A stretch of DNA of 64,000 bases. Source: a virus. A program made the translations under genes and the position numbers. Positions 36,929 through 46,996 of the stretch are shown here, piece after piece; position 1 is the first letter of the stretch; each line of letters opens with the position of its first letter. The DNA is taken from positions 1 through 64,000 of IMG/VR virus record IMGVR_UViG_3300021964_007165, one strand, 5' to 3'. The notes beneath the pieces were generated by a model. It worked only from the letters and a program-made list of their open reading frames with translations, ran no database searches and was not told where the DNA came from.

Positions 36929-37270
36929 CTAATGGTTTAACAAGATACTATTGATAGTACCGTCTGTGTAAACTACTTTTGCTCTAACCCATACAAAGTT
37001 ACCAGTAAAATTAGCATGTTTATTTCCAGTCTCTTGAGCGGCAGTGTACGAATGTACTTCAAACCAGTCTGCTTCTACAGGTACAGTTGCCAGTGTTGCT
37101 TCAACACTAATGGTTCCAGTTAAACCTGAATAGTTATATTGAACTGTATGTACACCGTCTGCTCTGCTGTAATATCCGTCACCTTTAAACTTCTCGCCTG
37201 TGATAGTTTCTGTTGTGCTATCACCTGGATGAGTATTTGCTGGTAAAATTATTTCACTGTTACTTGGCAT
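36929..37270 (-). CDS. hypothetical beta-rich protein (possibly virion)
   Basis: 113 aa; ATAAATA 5 nt before ATG. Confidence 0.65.
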   Translation of the reverse strand: MPSNSEIILPANTHPGDSTTETITGEKFKGDGYYSRADGVHTVQYNYSGLTGTISVEATLATVPVEADWFEVHSYTAAQETGNKHANFTGNFVWVRAKVVYTDGTINSILLNH

Positions 37271-37288
37271 ACAACTATTTATCTAAAT

Positions 37289-39541
37289 CTATGCTGTTAC
37301 AGATTTAGTTTGTGTTTTAGGCACGAGTATAATTTTGCGTTCTTTGATATCAATATGCAAATGTCCGCCATCCTTAAGTTCCCCAAACAGTAGTATTTTA
37401 CTTAAATTACTTTTAATTTCTTTATCAATAGTACGTTGTAATGGTCTTGCACCCATCTTCTTATCAAAGCCTACTTCTACAAGATAATCAATAGTATCAT
37501 CTGTAATGTCAACAGTAACATTCTTCTCTTTAAGCATATCACGCAGTTCAACAAGGAATTTACCTACAATCTTAATCATAGTATTCTTCTCAAGTTTGCC
37601 AAATGCAATTACTCCGTCAAGTCTATTACGGAATTCTGGAGCAAAGAACTTCTTAAGTTCAGTATCTTCATAGTCCATTTCCATATCTTCGTTGAAGCCG
37701 ATAGCATTTTTTTCTGCTTGTTCTGCTCCTAAGTTCGTGGTTAGGATTAACACAGCATTTTTTGCATCGGCTTCTTTACCGTTGCTTCCAGTAACTTTTC
37801 CATTATCCATTAATTGTAATAGGATCTGTGACACATCGGGATGTGCCTTTTCAATTTCGTCTAACAGTAGAACACAGTTAGGATGTTCTTGCAATTTAGT
37901 AATCAATTGTCCTGCATTGTCTTCGAAGCCTACGTAGCCAGGAGGTGAACCAATTAATTTAGCAACTGAATGCTTCTCTTGATATTCACTCATATCAAAA
38001 CGTACAAGTTCCACACTTAGTTCGTTTGCTAACTGTTTTGCAGTTTCGGTTTTACCCACTCCTGTTGGGCCCATAAACACAAAACTACCAACAGGTTTAT
38101 TCTCCGATTTTAATCCTGCTTGTGCTACAAGTATCTTATCAACAATCTCATCAATCGCTTTGTCTTGTCCGTAAACTTGTTTCTTTAAGTTTTCTTCAAG
38201 GTGCGCCAGATTACTTGATTCTTTTTGTGAAATTGTTTCTGGTGGTAATTTAATTGCTTTAGCAAGTTCAAATTCAATTTCTTCTTTGCCTACAATCTTG
38301 TCACCTTCAACTTTTTTCAAATTAAATCTTGAACAAGCAAGATCAATTAAGTCAATTGCTTTGTCTGGTAACTTCTTGTCAGCCATATATTTAACACTTA
38401 ACTTGATTGCGGCATCAATACCACTTTCAGTAATTATGGTCTTATGATAATCTTCGTAGTATTTTTTAATGCCTTGCAAAATAGATTTAGTTGTTTCTTT
38501 GTCTGGCTCGGATACACTAACACGCTGGAAACGTCTCATCAATGCACGATCTTTTTCAAAATACTTGCGGTATTCTTCCCAGGTAGTTGATGCCACTACT
38601 TTAATATCACCTTTACCTAAGGCTGGCTTTAACATGTTTGCAAGATCATTTGAACTATTACTTCCTCCTGCGGCTCCTGCACCGTTCATCATATGTGCTT
38701 CGTCAATAAAAATAATAGTTTTACCTTGTTTTTTAATTGCCTGCATAACAAGTTTAAAACGTTCCTCAAAGTCTCCTCTATACTTAGAACCTGCCAGCAT
38801 AGCACTAATATCTAAGTTATATACAGAATATTCTTGTAAAAATTCTGGTACTGCTTTATTAACAATATTCCATGCAAGGCCTTCAGCAATCGCAGTTTTA
38901 CCTACACCCGGATCACCTACAAGTAGTACATTATTTTTTGAACGTCTGCCTAATGAAAGTGCAATACTTTCTAATTCTTCATGTCTTCCAATTACAGGGT
39001 CTACTTTATTTTTTTCTACTTCTTTGTTTAAGTTTGTTGAAAACTCACGTAGTGCTTTTTGTGCCACTTGATTCATTTCTGAATCTTCATATACTGCTTC
39101 TAATTCGTTGTTGAGATAATCAGCAAAACCTTCTTTTGTTATTCCTGCCTTCTGAATATGATAGTATGACCAAGATTTCTTTTCATTCATAATACTTAAG
39201 AATACATCAGTAATTTCGATATTGTGTCTACCACTAAATAATACCTGTGTAAAAGACCTATTCAAAACACGTTCAACTGTTGATGTTTTCTTAGGTTTAA
39301 ATTTTTTAGAATTTTCAGCAGGTAATACAATATCTGTTAAATCATTTTTTAAGTAGTTTTCTATATTCTTTTTAATAAACTCAGGGTCTGCACCAGAACC
39401 TTCCACAATCTTAGAAAACTTTTCACTACATAACATTGCAAATAATAAATGTTCAAGAGTAACATACTCGTGATTTAACTTTTTAGCATCGTTCATTGCT
39501 TTGTCAAATACTGCTTGTAAGTCGTCGCTTGGTTCAACCAT
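37289..39541 (-). CDS. clpA: ATP-dependent Clp protease ATP-binding subunit ClpA
   Basis: Clp N domain, two AAA modules (GDPGVGKT, GPTGVGKT), IGF ClpP-binding loop, no ClpB middle domain. Confidence 0.92.
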   Translation of the reverse strand: MVEPSDDLQAVFDKAMNDAKKLNHEYVTLEHLLFAMLCSEKFSKIVEGSGADPEFIKKNIENYLKNDLTDIVLPAENSKKFKPKKTSTVERVLNRSFTQVLFSGRHNIEITDVFLSIMNEKKSWSYYHIQKAGITKEGFADYLNNELEAVYEDSEMNQVAQKALREFSTNLNKEVEKNKVDPVIGRHEELESIALSLGRRSKNNVLLVGDPGVGKTAIAEGLAWNIVNKAVPEFLQEYSVYNLDISAMLAGSKYRGDFEERFKLVMQAIKKQGKTIIFIDEAHMMNGAGAAGGSNSSNDLANMLKPALGKGDIKVVASTTWEEYRKYFEKDRALMRRFQRVSVSEPDKETTKSILQGIKKYYEDYHKTIITESGIDAAIKLSVKYMADKKLPDKAIDLIDLACSRFNLKKVEGDKIVGKEEIEFELAKAIKLPPETISQKESSNLAHLEENLKKQVYGQDKAIDEIVDKILVAQAGLKSENKPVGSFVFMGPTGVGKTETAKQLANELSVELVRFDMSEYQEKHSVAKLIGSPPGYVGFEDNAGQLITKLQEHPNCVLLLDEIEKAHPDVSQILLQLMDNGKVTGSNGKEADAKNAVLILTTNLGAEQAEKNAIGFNEDMEMDYEDTELKKFFAPEFRNRLDGVIAFGKLEKNTMIKIVGKFLVELRDMLKEKNVTVDITDDTIDYLVEVGFDKKMGARPLQRTIDKEIKSNLSKILLFGELKDGGHLHIDIKERKIILVPKTQTKSVTA

Positions 39542-40061
39542 ATTGTATCATTCCTTTAATTTTTTTAAAATATTTTTGTTGTTTCTTTTTTGCCATATCT
39601 AATTTCATCTTACTTACGCGATCAATATAATTGATGCCATATAGATGATCAAATTCATGTTGAAAGATTCTTGCATTCCATCCTTTAAACTCTATTTTAC
39701 ATTCTTTTCCGCTACTGTCAAGAAACTTTGCTACCAAAGCCTCTGCACGTTTTACCTTAAAAAATAATCCAGGAAAACTTAAACAACCTTCTTCACCTAA
39801 TACTGTTTGGTCTGATACTGCTTCAATACGTGGATTAATAATTGCAAACGATTCTCCGTCTTTATATCCTTCTAAATCTTTTGGCTCTAAAATAAAAATT
39901 TGTGCATCTAAATCAACTTGGTTAGCACTTAATCCAACGCCATGTTCTTTTCGCATGATGTCAATCATATTTTTTTCAATGTTTTTTGCATCTAATTTAT
40001 CAAAGTCAAACTCTTTTACTTGCTTTAACAAAGCCTGATGCGGATGATATACTAAGTTCAT
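39534..40061 (-). CDS. def: peptide deformylase
   Basis: GVGLSANQ, EGCLS, QHEFDHL. Confidence 0.95.
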   Translation of the reverse strand: MNLVYHPHQALLKQVKEFDFDKLDAKNIEKNMIDIMRKEHGVGLSANQVDLDAQIFILEPKDLEGYKDGESFAIINPRIEAVSDQTVLGEEGCLSFPGLFFKVKRAEALVAKFLDSSGKECKIEFKGWNARIFQHEFDHLYGINYIDRVSKMKLDMAKKKQQKYFKKIKGMIQYG

Positions 40062-40897
40062 TCCTTAATCTCTCTTATTTTTTCGTATTGATCTTGGGTT
40101 AAATTTTTTGGAATAACGCCGTTTACTTTTAAGTAAACATTTCCAGATGTGCCTGAATTATAATCGGGTAAACCTTGCCCGCCTATACTTAAAACTGTGC
40201 CTGGTTGTGTGCCTCTTGGTATATTAATACTTATAGTTTTACCTGAAGGTAATGCAAGATTTGTGGTAGTTCCTAATATCATTTCAAAAATATCAATTGA
40301 TGTTGTTGTGTGTAAATTTAAATGGTCTACTTCAAAATTAGGATGTCTTTTGATCCTTACCTTGACATTTAAGTTACCTCTTGGAACTGTTGGAACGCTA
40401 TCGTCACCAAGTCCTCCATAACGTATGGTATCTCCATGTCTTGCGCCTTTTGGAATATCGATATTGACTGTTTGCTCTTTTCCAGTATTGGTTCTAAATG
40501 TAGCAATTATTCCTTTGCCTGTGTAAACTTCACCAAGTTCGATATCACAAGCGATTGTTATATCTCTATTTTGTTGTGGTCTACGTTGCTGTTGAAATCC
40601 TCTACCAAAAAATGTACTGAACATTTCATTTATGTCACCATTAAATTCAAAATTACCTGGTCCGCCAAAACCTTGTTGTTGGAATCCTGCTTGTTGTGGA
40701 TCAGTAGTTCCAAACTGATCATACATTTGTTTCTTTTGTGGATCGGTAAGTGTTTGGTATGCTTCGTTTAACTGTGTGAATTTTTTATGATCTCCGCCTT
40801 TGTCAGGATGATGCTTTGCCGCAAGTTTACGGAAAGCCGTTTTAATATCCTTTTCAGAGGCATTTCGAGAAACGCCTAATAGTTCATAATAATCCAT
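40058..40897 (-). CDS. dnaJ: DnaJ/CbpA-type co-chaperone (no Zn finger)
   Basis: J domain with HPD, G/F-rich region, C-terminal domain. Confidence 0.9.
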   Translation of the reverse strand: MDYYELLGVSRNASEKDIKTAFRKLAAKHHPDKGGDHKKFTQLNEAYQTLTDPQKKQMYDQFGTTDPQQAGFQQQGFGGPGNFEFNGDINEMFSTFFGRGFQQQRRPQQNRDITIACDIELGEVYTGKGIIATFRTNTGKEQTVNIDIPKGARHGDTIRYGGLGDDSVPTVPRGNLNVKVRIKRHPNFEVDHLNLHTTTSIDIFEMILGTTTNLALPSGKTISINIPRGTQPGTVLSIGGQGLPDYNSGTSGNVYLKVNGVIPKNLTQDQYEKIREIKE

Positions 40898-40903
40898 AAC
40901 AGT

Positions 40904-40932
40904 ATTATATACTTATATTAGACGTTTGTCAA
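40904..40932 (-). promoter_or_regulatory. sigma70-type promoter TTGACA-N17-TATAAT, 6 nt before the dnaJ ATG
   Basis: perfect consensus; implies a leaderless mRNA. Confidence 0.8.
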
Positions 40933-40935
40933 GTT

Positions 40936-41253
40936 TTATTTGTCTGATTTTGCTTTAGAACCTGTGTATAGACCAAACCATGCCGCGCCAGCACCAACTA
41001 CGATACTAACCAACCCCGATTGTTCCATAGTTGGATCTGGTAAATTCATATACCAAATTACAACTCTATACAATAAGATAATATAAACTGTAATAAAGAT
41101 ACGAGGAAAAATTCTCCAACTATCAACTGCTCTTGCTAAGTGTATTAATTTTGCATATGGATTAATACCCAAGTCTTTGACCGAAGTATCAACTTCTAAA
41201 TCAACTTGAATTTTTTGTTTAGGTTCTGCAACCTTTACATCTTTGTCTAACAT
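40936..41253 (-). CDS. 2-TM membrane protein (holin candidate)
   Basis: two hydrophobic helices, downstream of lysis genes. Confidence 0.55.
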   Translation of the reverse strand: MLDKDVKVAEPKQKIQVDLEVDTSVKDLGINPYAKLIHLARAVDSWRIFPRIFITVYIILLYRVVIWYMNLPDPTMEQSGLVSIVVGAGAAWFGLYTGSKAKSDK

Positions 41254-41534
41254 TATTTTTTACCCTCTAATTTTTTAATTCGAGATTCTAACTCGTCTAT
41301 CTTTTGTGTTACATGGGGATACTTTGTACGCCATGCATTTGGATCATTTTGAAACCAAGTCCAGCCCCAACGTATTGCAAGATATTCAAGAAAAGCATCA
41401 AAATTTCTTACTGCCCACATTGCCATTTTTGTATCTTTAAACCAATACAAAAATGCGGCACCAAACAAAGAACCTGCGATTGCTGTGTAAATCCACAAAC
41501 GGTCAGTTGCCAATCTTTCAATAATTTCCCACAT
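41253..41534 (-). CDS. membrane protein
   Basis: N-terminal TM helix, C-terminal coiled coil. Confidence 0.6.
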   Translation of the reverse strand: MWEIIERLATDRLWIYTAIAGSLFGAAFLYWFKDTKMAMWAVRNFDAFLEYLAIRWGWTWFQNDPNAWRTKYPHVTQKIDELESRIKKLEGKK

Positions 41535-41535
41535 A

Positions 41536-42015
41536 CTATTTCTTCTCCGATATTACAAATCGTAAATTTTTATGGTCTGGATAATTCACAACCACGGGTC
41601 CTTCCGGACACAGGTAATCTATGTGTGCCAACAGCGTTGCTTCGCCCTCTGTAATCATATCTTGATGCTCCTCGTCAATAGTAAATGAGAATCCAAACTT
41701 GTCTATCTTGTCGCTGGCAGGTCCTGAAAACTTGGCCACGCTTGGTGTTGCCGTATGGATCATATACTTGCTGTCCTTGACTTCAAGCCTAAATCCTTCA
41801 ACACTACAGTCATCTCTGTGCTTTTCACGGGCAACAATAACATCAAATGATCCATCTCTTGGGCCATCTGACACTTCAAAGTATTCTGGTGCCCAAGTAA
41901 GTATGTCCTTGCTTTCCAACTTGTCCCACAGGGTGTATCCGCCACCTATGAGAGCAAATGATGCTGTTACAACACCAATGCCCTTTGTAATATTTTCTAC
42001 ATCAAAACTAAACAT
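41536..42015 (-). CDS. single-TM protein with extracytoplasmic domain (antiholin-like architecture, speculative)
   Basis: N-terminal TM, two Cys; ATAAATA at 42039-42045; start approximate. Confidence 0.55.
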   Translation of the reverse strand: MFSFDVENITKGIGVVTASFALIGGGYTLWDKLESKDILTWAPEYFEVSDGPRDGSFDVIVAREKHRDDCSVEGFRLEVKDSKYMIHTATPSVAKFSGPASDKIDKFGFSFTIDEEHQDMITEGEATLLAHIDYLCPEGPVVVNYPDHKNLRFVISEKK

Positions 42016-42055
42016 TCGTCCATGTTCTCCTATATGTGTATTTATCGGAATTTGG

Positions 42056-42235
42056 TTAGAAAGAACAGGCAACTTCGCCTTTAGTAACTACATTTTCTCG
42101 TACCTTGCTCATGTCTTGAGGAATATCCTTAACTTCTAAGCCAGGTTTTACGGTGCATTTAGATTGGGTGGAACAACTACTTAGGATCAGTAGTGTTAGG
42201 ATCAGACTCGCCTTCGTAATAATCTTTGTAAGCAT
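42056..42235 (-). CDS. small lipoprotein (59 aa, not in ORF track)
   Basis: MLTKIITKASLILTLLILSS-C lipobox; fills the 42056-42177 gap and overlaps the o-spanin 3' end. Confidence 0.6.
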   Translation of the reverse strand: MLTKIITKASLILTLLILSSCSTQSKCTVKPGLEVKDIPQDMSKVRENVVTKGEVACSF

Positions 42236-42557
42236 CTATAATTTGTCTTTGTTTGATCATATAGGCACGGATCTGTGCAAAGTTCTTTGATAAAAGTTCA
42301 TAGTCGTCATCGCTTAGTCCAAATAATACAGGATCTTTTCCTTGTTCTTTTAACTTAGCAAATACTTCTTCTGCATTTTCTGAAGTAATAATGACCCATT
42401 TAATGTTTTCCATCTTAGCCGCTTCTGGCTGAGATAAATTTAAAGGTTCTCTTTCTACTTCTGTTTTAAAAACGTCCAATTTAGAAACAGTTGAACAACC
42501 TGAAAGAAAGATTGCAAATAAACATACTATTAAAATATTCTTAGTCATAAGGTACAT
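42177..42557 (-). CDS. o-spanin-like lipoprotein
   Basis: LSGC lipobox; overlaps end of i-spanin candidate. Confidence 0.7.
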   Translation of the reverse strand: MYLMTKNILIVCLFAIFLSGCSTVSKLDVFKTEVEREPLNLSQPEAAKMENIKWVIITSENAEEVFAKLKEQGKDPVLFGLSDDDYELLSKNFAQIRAYMIKQRQIIDAYKDYYEGESDPNTTDPK

Positions 42558-43029
42558 AATTAGGATTTGCTATACTTGGACATTCTGAATTAATTTCAGA
42601 CTTTTTAGTAGCATTAATCTCTTTCTCTGTTAATGGAGAACCCATAGCAATTTCGGAACACCTCATTGCTTTGTTACTCGCACTATTAATAACACGTTCA
42701 ACCAATTTTGCTTTTTCTTCAGCAAGTTTGCCAATATCTCTAACTTCGCCCTTGCCGTTGATTTTGTTGAAACGTTCGTCAAGTGCCGCAAACTCTTTGC
42801 GTAATATTGCATTTGTTTCTTCAAGTGCTTTATTGGTGGCAAGTATTGCTTTAAAATCATTTGCCTGTTGAGCAATTACTGCTTTTTGATTAGCAACACT
42901 ATCTAATAATTTTGCATTATTGGCTTCGCTGGTAGCAAGGTCGCTCTTTAGTGTTTTTACATACATAACACCACCGCCGGCACCTGCCAACATAATTAAA
43001 ACCATTGCTATTTTGATTGAACCTAACAT
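42541..43029 (-). CDS. i-spanin-like protein
   Basis: N-terminal TM + long coiled coil + two Cys, downstream of endolysin. Confidence 0.7.
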   Translation of the reverse strand: MLGSIKIAMVLIMLAGAGGGVMYVKTLKSDLATSEANNAKLLDSVANQKAVIAQQANDFKAILATNKALEETNAILRKEFAALDERFNKINGKGEVRDIGKLAEEKAKLVERVINSASNKAMRCSEIAMGSPLTEKEINATKKSEINSECPSIANPNYVPYD

Positions 43030-43191
43030 TTAACGTCCTTGTTTACAAACTTCGATCGTAACTGTTTTGCTATCGCCATCTACCATATCTTTGAAAAGAG
43101 GTCCTTCGTGATATTCGTAGCCACAATTTTTACAAGTTACTCTGCCATCTCCTTGGCTTTGTCTTTTGTAGTGTTTACTCTGCTTGTCCAT
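43030..43191 (-). CDS. small Cys/His protein (53 aa, not in ORF track)
   Basis: MDKQ...CKNCGYEYH...IEVCKQGR; stop abuts the i-spanin ATG. Confidence 0.5.
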   Translation of the reverse strand: MDKQSKHYKRQSQGDGRVTCKNCGYEYHEGPLFKDMVDGDSKTVTIEVCKQGR

Positions 43192-43664
43192 CCATTACCA
43201 AATGTTTTAAATGTTGTTAGTGTTTCATAGTACTCTTGTCTTTTTGCACTATAATCGTCGATTGCTTTGTTAATTCCTACTGCTTCAACATATCCTAATG
43301 TTTTTGCAATAGTGTTTGGACCAATCCAACCATCAATTTTTGTTCCAACTAAAATTTGTAAAATCTTAGTTGCTCTGTGTCTACCTGCATTTACACACAT
43401 ATCAAACACACAAAGATCTAATCCTTTAGGAATATCATTTGCAAGAACTGCATTCCAATAGTTTTTCTTATAAATCGGAGTTACATCTTTTTCTGTTAAA
43501 TTTTGTATTACTTCTTTAGTAACTACTTTACTCATCCAGTCTTCATACGTTTGTCTTGTAATTCCCATATTTGTAGCACCGCCCGGATCGCTTGGATGAT
43601 CAACGTATCCGCCTTCGTGTTCAAGTACTATTGCTAAACAATTCTTAAAATTATCTTTTGCCAT
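43137..43664 (-). CDS. endolysin, glycoside hydrolase family 108 + PG-binding domain
   Basis: HEGGYVDHPSDPGGATNMGIT, DG.IGPNT, FGNGWTSR. Confidence 0.92.
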   Translation of the reverse strand: MAKDNFKNCLAIVLEHEGGYVDHPSDPGGATNMGITRQTYEDWMSKVVTKEVIQNLTEKDVTPIYKKNYWNAVLANDIPKGLDLCVFDMCVNAGRHRATKILQILVGTKIDGWIGPNTIAKTLGYVEAVGINKAIDDYSAKRQEYYETLTTFKTFGNGWTSRVNTTKDKAKEMAE

Positions 43665-43667
43665 TTT

Positions 43668-44378
43668 TTAACCTCTTTTCAATATTAAACTGTAGTTATT
43701 GTTTTCAAGCACAAGTTTCTTACCATATTTTGTAATATTATAATCACCTAAATACTTGCTCAAATATATAACTTCAGCGAAACCATTTATATCTAATGCT
43801 TCAGTGATATTTACCTGATCTGTACGTGCAAAATCAACAACTCTGAATAGAATTGGATCCATGAAAGTGTTTTTTATTCTTAGAGTGTGTTCATTTAGCA
43901 TATCTACTTCTTCGGCATAACTCTTACTAAAGAAGTTTTTATAATTATCCATGTTACTTTCATTTACACGAATATCGTAGGCTTCCTTATCTGTTGGAAT
44001 CATTTCTGCTAAATTAGCATCTGTTGCATCATGACTTTTAAAACTTTTGTAGTATCTAAATTTCATACTATCTAAGCCACTAATTTTTGTAATACCGTCC
44101 ACCATTTCATAGATATGTGCTGGTGAGTCTTTTCCTCTTTCAATTTCTACAAATACCTTATACATACCATCTGATTGTTCACCCGATGTTGCATCAGCGT
44201 CAAGTACAAATGGATATCCTTTTTCAAGGAAGTTCTCAAGATCTTTTGCACTACCTTCATTCTTTGTAGAAAAACTTAACACGACTATGTCACTGTCACT
44301 GCCCATTTTAGATTTAAATGAATCTATTTCAAAAATACTATCTACTAAATCTTTAAGGTCGTCTTTTCTTAAACCCAT
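43668..44378 (-). CDS. hypothetical phage protein
   Basis: 236-aa ORF, coupled. Confidence 0.7.
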   Translation of the reverse strand: MGLRKDDLKDLVDSIFEIDSFKSKMGSDSDIVVLSFSTKNEGSAKDLENFLEKGYPFVLDADATSGEQSDGMYKVFVEIERGKDSPAHIYEMVDGITKISGLDSMKFRYYKSFKSHDATDANLAEMIPTDKEAYDIRVNESNMDNYKNFFSKSYAEEVDMLNEHTLRIKNTFMDPILFRVVDFARTDQVNITEALDINGFAEVIYLSKYLGDYNITKYGKKLVLENNNYSLILKRG

Positions 44379-44935
44379 TAAACTGCTCCTTCAGGTGCCG
44401 GTGCTTCTGCTCCTGCTCCTATGCCTGCTTCAACTCCGCCTTCTGCTGGCTGTGCTTCTGGTGCTGGAGATTGATCTGCTCCTGGTTCAGTAGTTAAATC
44501 TACCATCTCATTGTATCCACTGTATATGTCAATGATTAATTTTTTAGGCATCATAATTTCTACTACCCAGATTTCTTTACGATCCAGTTTTCCTTTTTTA
44601 GTGCCTGGTCTAATATCATCTGGTGTTCTAATTTTCCTTGGAACTAAGATATGGTCTTTTTTATATGTTACTTTACAATCGTAATCAAGTAATCTTTTAC
44701 CGCCCATTGGATCAGGCATTGCATCACGTGGCCACATAAATGAACAAATTATCCAGTGTCTTTTGATATTAGGACCTGAAACAATTTCTCCATCTTCCCA
44801 GTTTTCGTACACATATAAATCAAGTTCGTCAAGTACTCTTTCAAAGTCTTTTAGAACCGTAAATGCAGTATCACTTTCGTATATACCCTGTACGTTTTTG
44901 ATTACTTCTAATACATCTTTCATATGAATATCCAA
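44378..44935 (-). CDS. hypothetical phage protein
   Basis: 185-aa ORF; ATAAATA at 44947-44953. Confidence 0.7.
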   Translation of the reverse strand: MDIHMKDVLEVIKNVQGIYESDTAFTVLKDFERVLDELDLYVYENWEDGEIVSGPNIKRHWIICSFMWPRDAMPDPMGGKRLLDYDCKVTYKKDHILVPRKIRTPDDIRPGTKKGKLDRKEIWVVEIMMPKKLIIDIYSGYNEMVDLTTEPGADQSPAPEAQPAEGGVEAGIGAGAEAPAPEGAV

Positions 44936-45078
44936 TCTTATACAGTTATTTATCCTGTTTCGATTTATAACAGTGTAGTTTTATCACAGGCCAAACTTAC
45001 TAAATATTTGTGTAGGAGGCACAGATAGTGTCAAAACTATGTGTGCAGACTAATTTACAACTCATAAAGGAGGACTGC

Positions 45079-45807
45079 ATGGGTGCAAAAAGAAGTGCTC
45101 GTAAGAGCAAAAACTACAATAGCAATATTGTAGAATTCAACAATTTTCTTCCCCAGAAGAAAAAAGAAGTCAAAATTATTCCAAGGAATGTTAATCAAGA
45201 AACTTATATGCTACAACTGTTAGACCCTAAGAAAGACATAGTTTTTGGCATAGGGCCGGCAGGAACAGGCAAAACGCTGTTAGCAGTACAGGTTGCAATT
45301 AAACAGTTCAAAGACGGAATAGTTGATAAAATCATCGTAACAAGACCTGCTGTAAGTGCAGATGAAGATTTAGGATTTTTACCAGGTACATTAGAACAAA
45401 AAATGGCACCATGGACAAGACCTATATTTGATGTGCTTCAGGAGTATTTTTCAGCAAAAGATATTGAAGGTATGATTGCAGAAGGAGTAATAGAAATTTC
45501 TCCACTTGCATATATGCGTGGTAGAACATTTAAACGTTCTTATATTCTTGCTGACGAAATGCAAAATGCTACACAAAACCAAATGAAAATGTTATTGACA
45601 AGATTAGGCGAAGGATCTAAGATGGCTGTTACAGGTGATCTTGCCCAAGCAGATAGACTTAAAGATAATGGACTAATTGATTTTTGTAGACATTTAGATA
45701 ATAAAGGTCGTGCAGAAAGAATTGATGTCGTAGAGTTTGCCAAAGGAGACATTGAACGACACGATGCAGTCAGAGAAGTTTTAGAAATTTATGGTGATGT
45801 ATGCTAA
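45079..45807 (+). CDS. phoH: PhoH-family ATPase
   Basis: GPAGTGKT, LGFLPG, YMRGRT, DEMQN, GDLAQ; AGGAGG RBS. Confidence 0.95.
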   Translation: MGAKRSARKSKNYNSNIVEFNNFLPQKKKEVKIIPRNVNQETYMLQLLDPKKDIVFGIGPAGTGKTLLAVQVAIKQFKDGIVDKIIVTRPAVSADEDLGFLPGTLEQKMAPWTRPIFDVLQEYFSAKDIEGMIAEGVIEISPLAYMRGRTFKRSYILADEMQNATQNQMKMLLTRLGEGSKMAVTGDLAQADRLKDNGLIDFCRHLDNKGRAERIDVVEFAKGDIERHDAVREVLEIYGDVC

Positions 45808-46568
45808 CCTGGGAGATCAGTATCTCGGGCATCAACAACATATAATTTTTTAGTTTTAACCCATTTTATCCAGCCTGCATACGTCATTTTATGTAGGCTG
45901 GATATTGCCCACTGACGTTTCATAACAGTTTCGTTAAGTTCCATAGTCTTTGCTACTTGCTTTTCACGTTTAAAAGGAATAACTTGAACTAACGGTTCAC
46001 CCATCTTAATTGTTGTGGGTTTAATTTCTTTAAGCATAATATTAATAGGACTTTGCGGAGCACCTAAATCATGATCCATTACACCAGGAACTGCTTCCCA
46101 GTTTTTATCTTCATGATAATACATAGGCAAATATAATGTACTCCAACCGCTTTTATTCCATGTAAACCAAGGATTATCTAATTTAACAGCACCGCGAACA
46201 CTAAACTTCTGTTTCATAAAATTACCCAATTGTTCTTCGGGGTGATATGCATCATTATACATATCGTCACTGTATCTTGTTATAATATGTTTACCGTCGG
46301 GAGTTGGTTCGATTGTGATATCGCACCATGCAGGAATAACATATCCCATACTCATGTAATCTGTAATACCAGGACAGGCTCTTACAGTTTTATGACTATC
46401 AATGTTATATTGTTCTTTTTTAAAATAAGGTGATAATTCTTTAAACTTATCTGGAAAGAATTTACCAGCAGGTTCAATTGGTGCATATTTCCGGACACCC
46501 CAACTTTGACAAGCAAAGTTAATTACTGGCTCTTCTTTTTTGAATAAGTTTTTAATAAAATTTATCAT
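45804..46568 (-). CDS. hypothetical protein (dUTPase-like beta fold possible)
   Basis: TVRACP...GYVIP, PG..D.D, GEPLVQVIPFKRE. Confidence 0.55.
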   Translation of the reverse strand: MINFIKNLFKKEEPVINFACQSWGVRKYAPIEPAGKFFPDKFKELSPYFKKEQYNIDSHKTVRACPGITDYMSMGYVIPAWCDITIEPTPDGKHIITRYSDDMYNDAYHPEEQLGNFMKQKFSVRGAVKLDNPWFTWNKSGWSTLYLPMYYHEDKNWEAVPGVMDHDLGAPQSPINIMLKEIKPTTIKMGEPLVQVIPFKREKQVAKTMELNETVMKRQWAISSLHKMTYAGWIKWVKTKKLYVVDARDTDLPG

Positions 46569-46996
46569 ACTTTAGTAACTGCTACCTTTGATTTTTCTAA
46601 GAATTCAATTCCGTCGTTACTACGATAGTTATCCTTGTAATACACTGTGCTAATACCACTCTGGTATATAAGTTTTGCACATTCTAAGCAAGGACTGTGT
46701 GTAACAAATAATGTAGCATTATTACCACTTTCGTTTGATTTTGCCAATTTAGCAATCGCATTTGATTCTGCATGAAGTACTTCTGGCTTTGATTTGAGTA
46801 CAGAATGTCCCATTTCATCTTGTCTTACAACATCTTCGCAACAGTTATCCCATCCACTGGGCATACCATTGTAGCCAATTGAAATAATACGGTCGTCTTT
46901 AACAACAATAGCACCAACGTTTAGTCTTTTCGCTGTACTGAGGTTAGCAAAAGTTTTGGCTACCTCCATATATGCTTTTACAAACTTATCCTTCAT
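46565..46996 (-). CDS. dCMP deaminase
   Basis: GYNG, HAESNA, SPCLEC. Confidence 0.92.
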   Translation of the reverse strand: MKDKFVKAYMEVAKTFANLSTAKRLNVGAIVVKDDRIISIGYNGMPSGWDNCCEDVVRQDEMGHSVLKSKPEVLHAESNAIAKLAKSNESGNNATLFVTHSPCLECAKLIYQSGISTVYYKDNYRSNDGIEFLEKSKVAVTKV

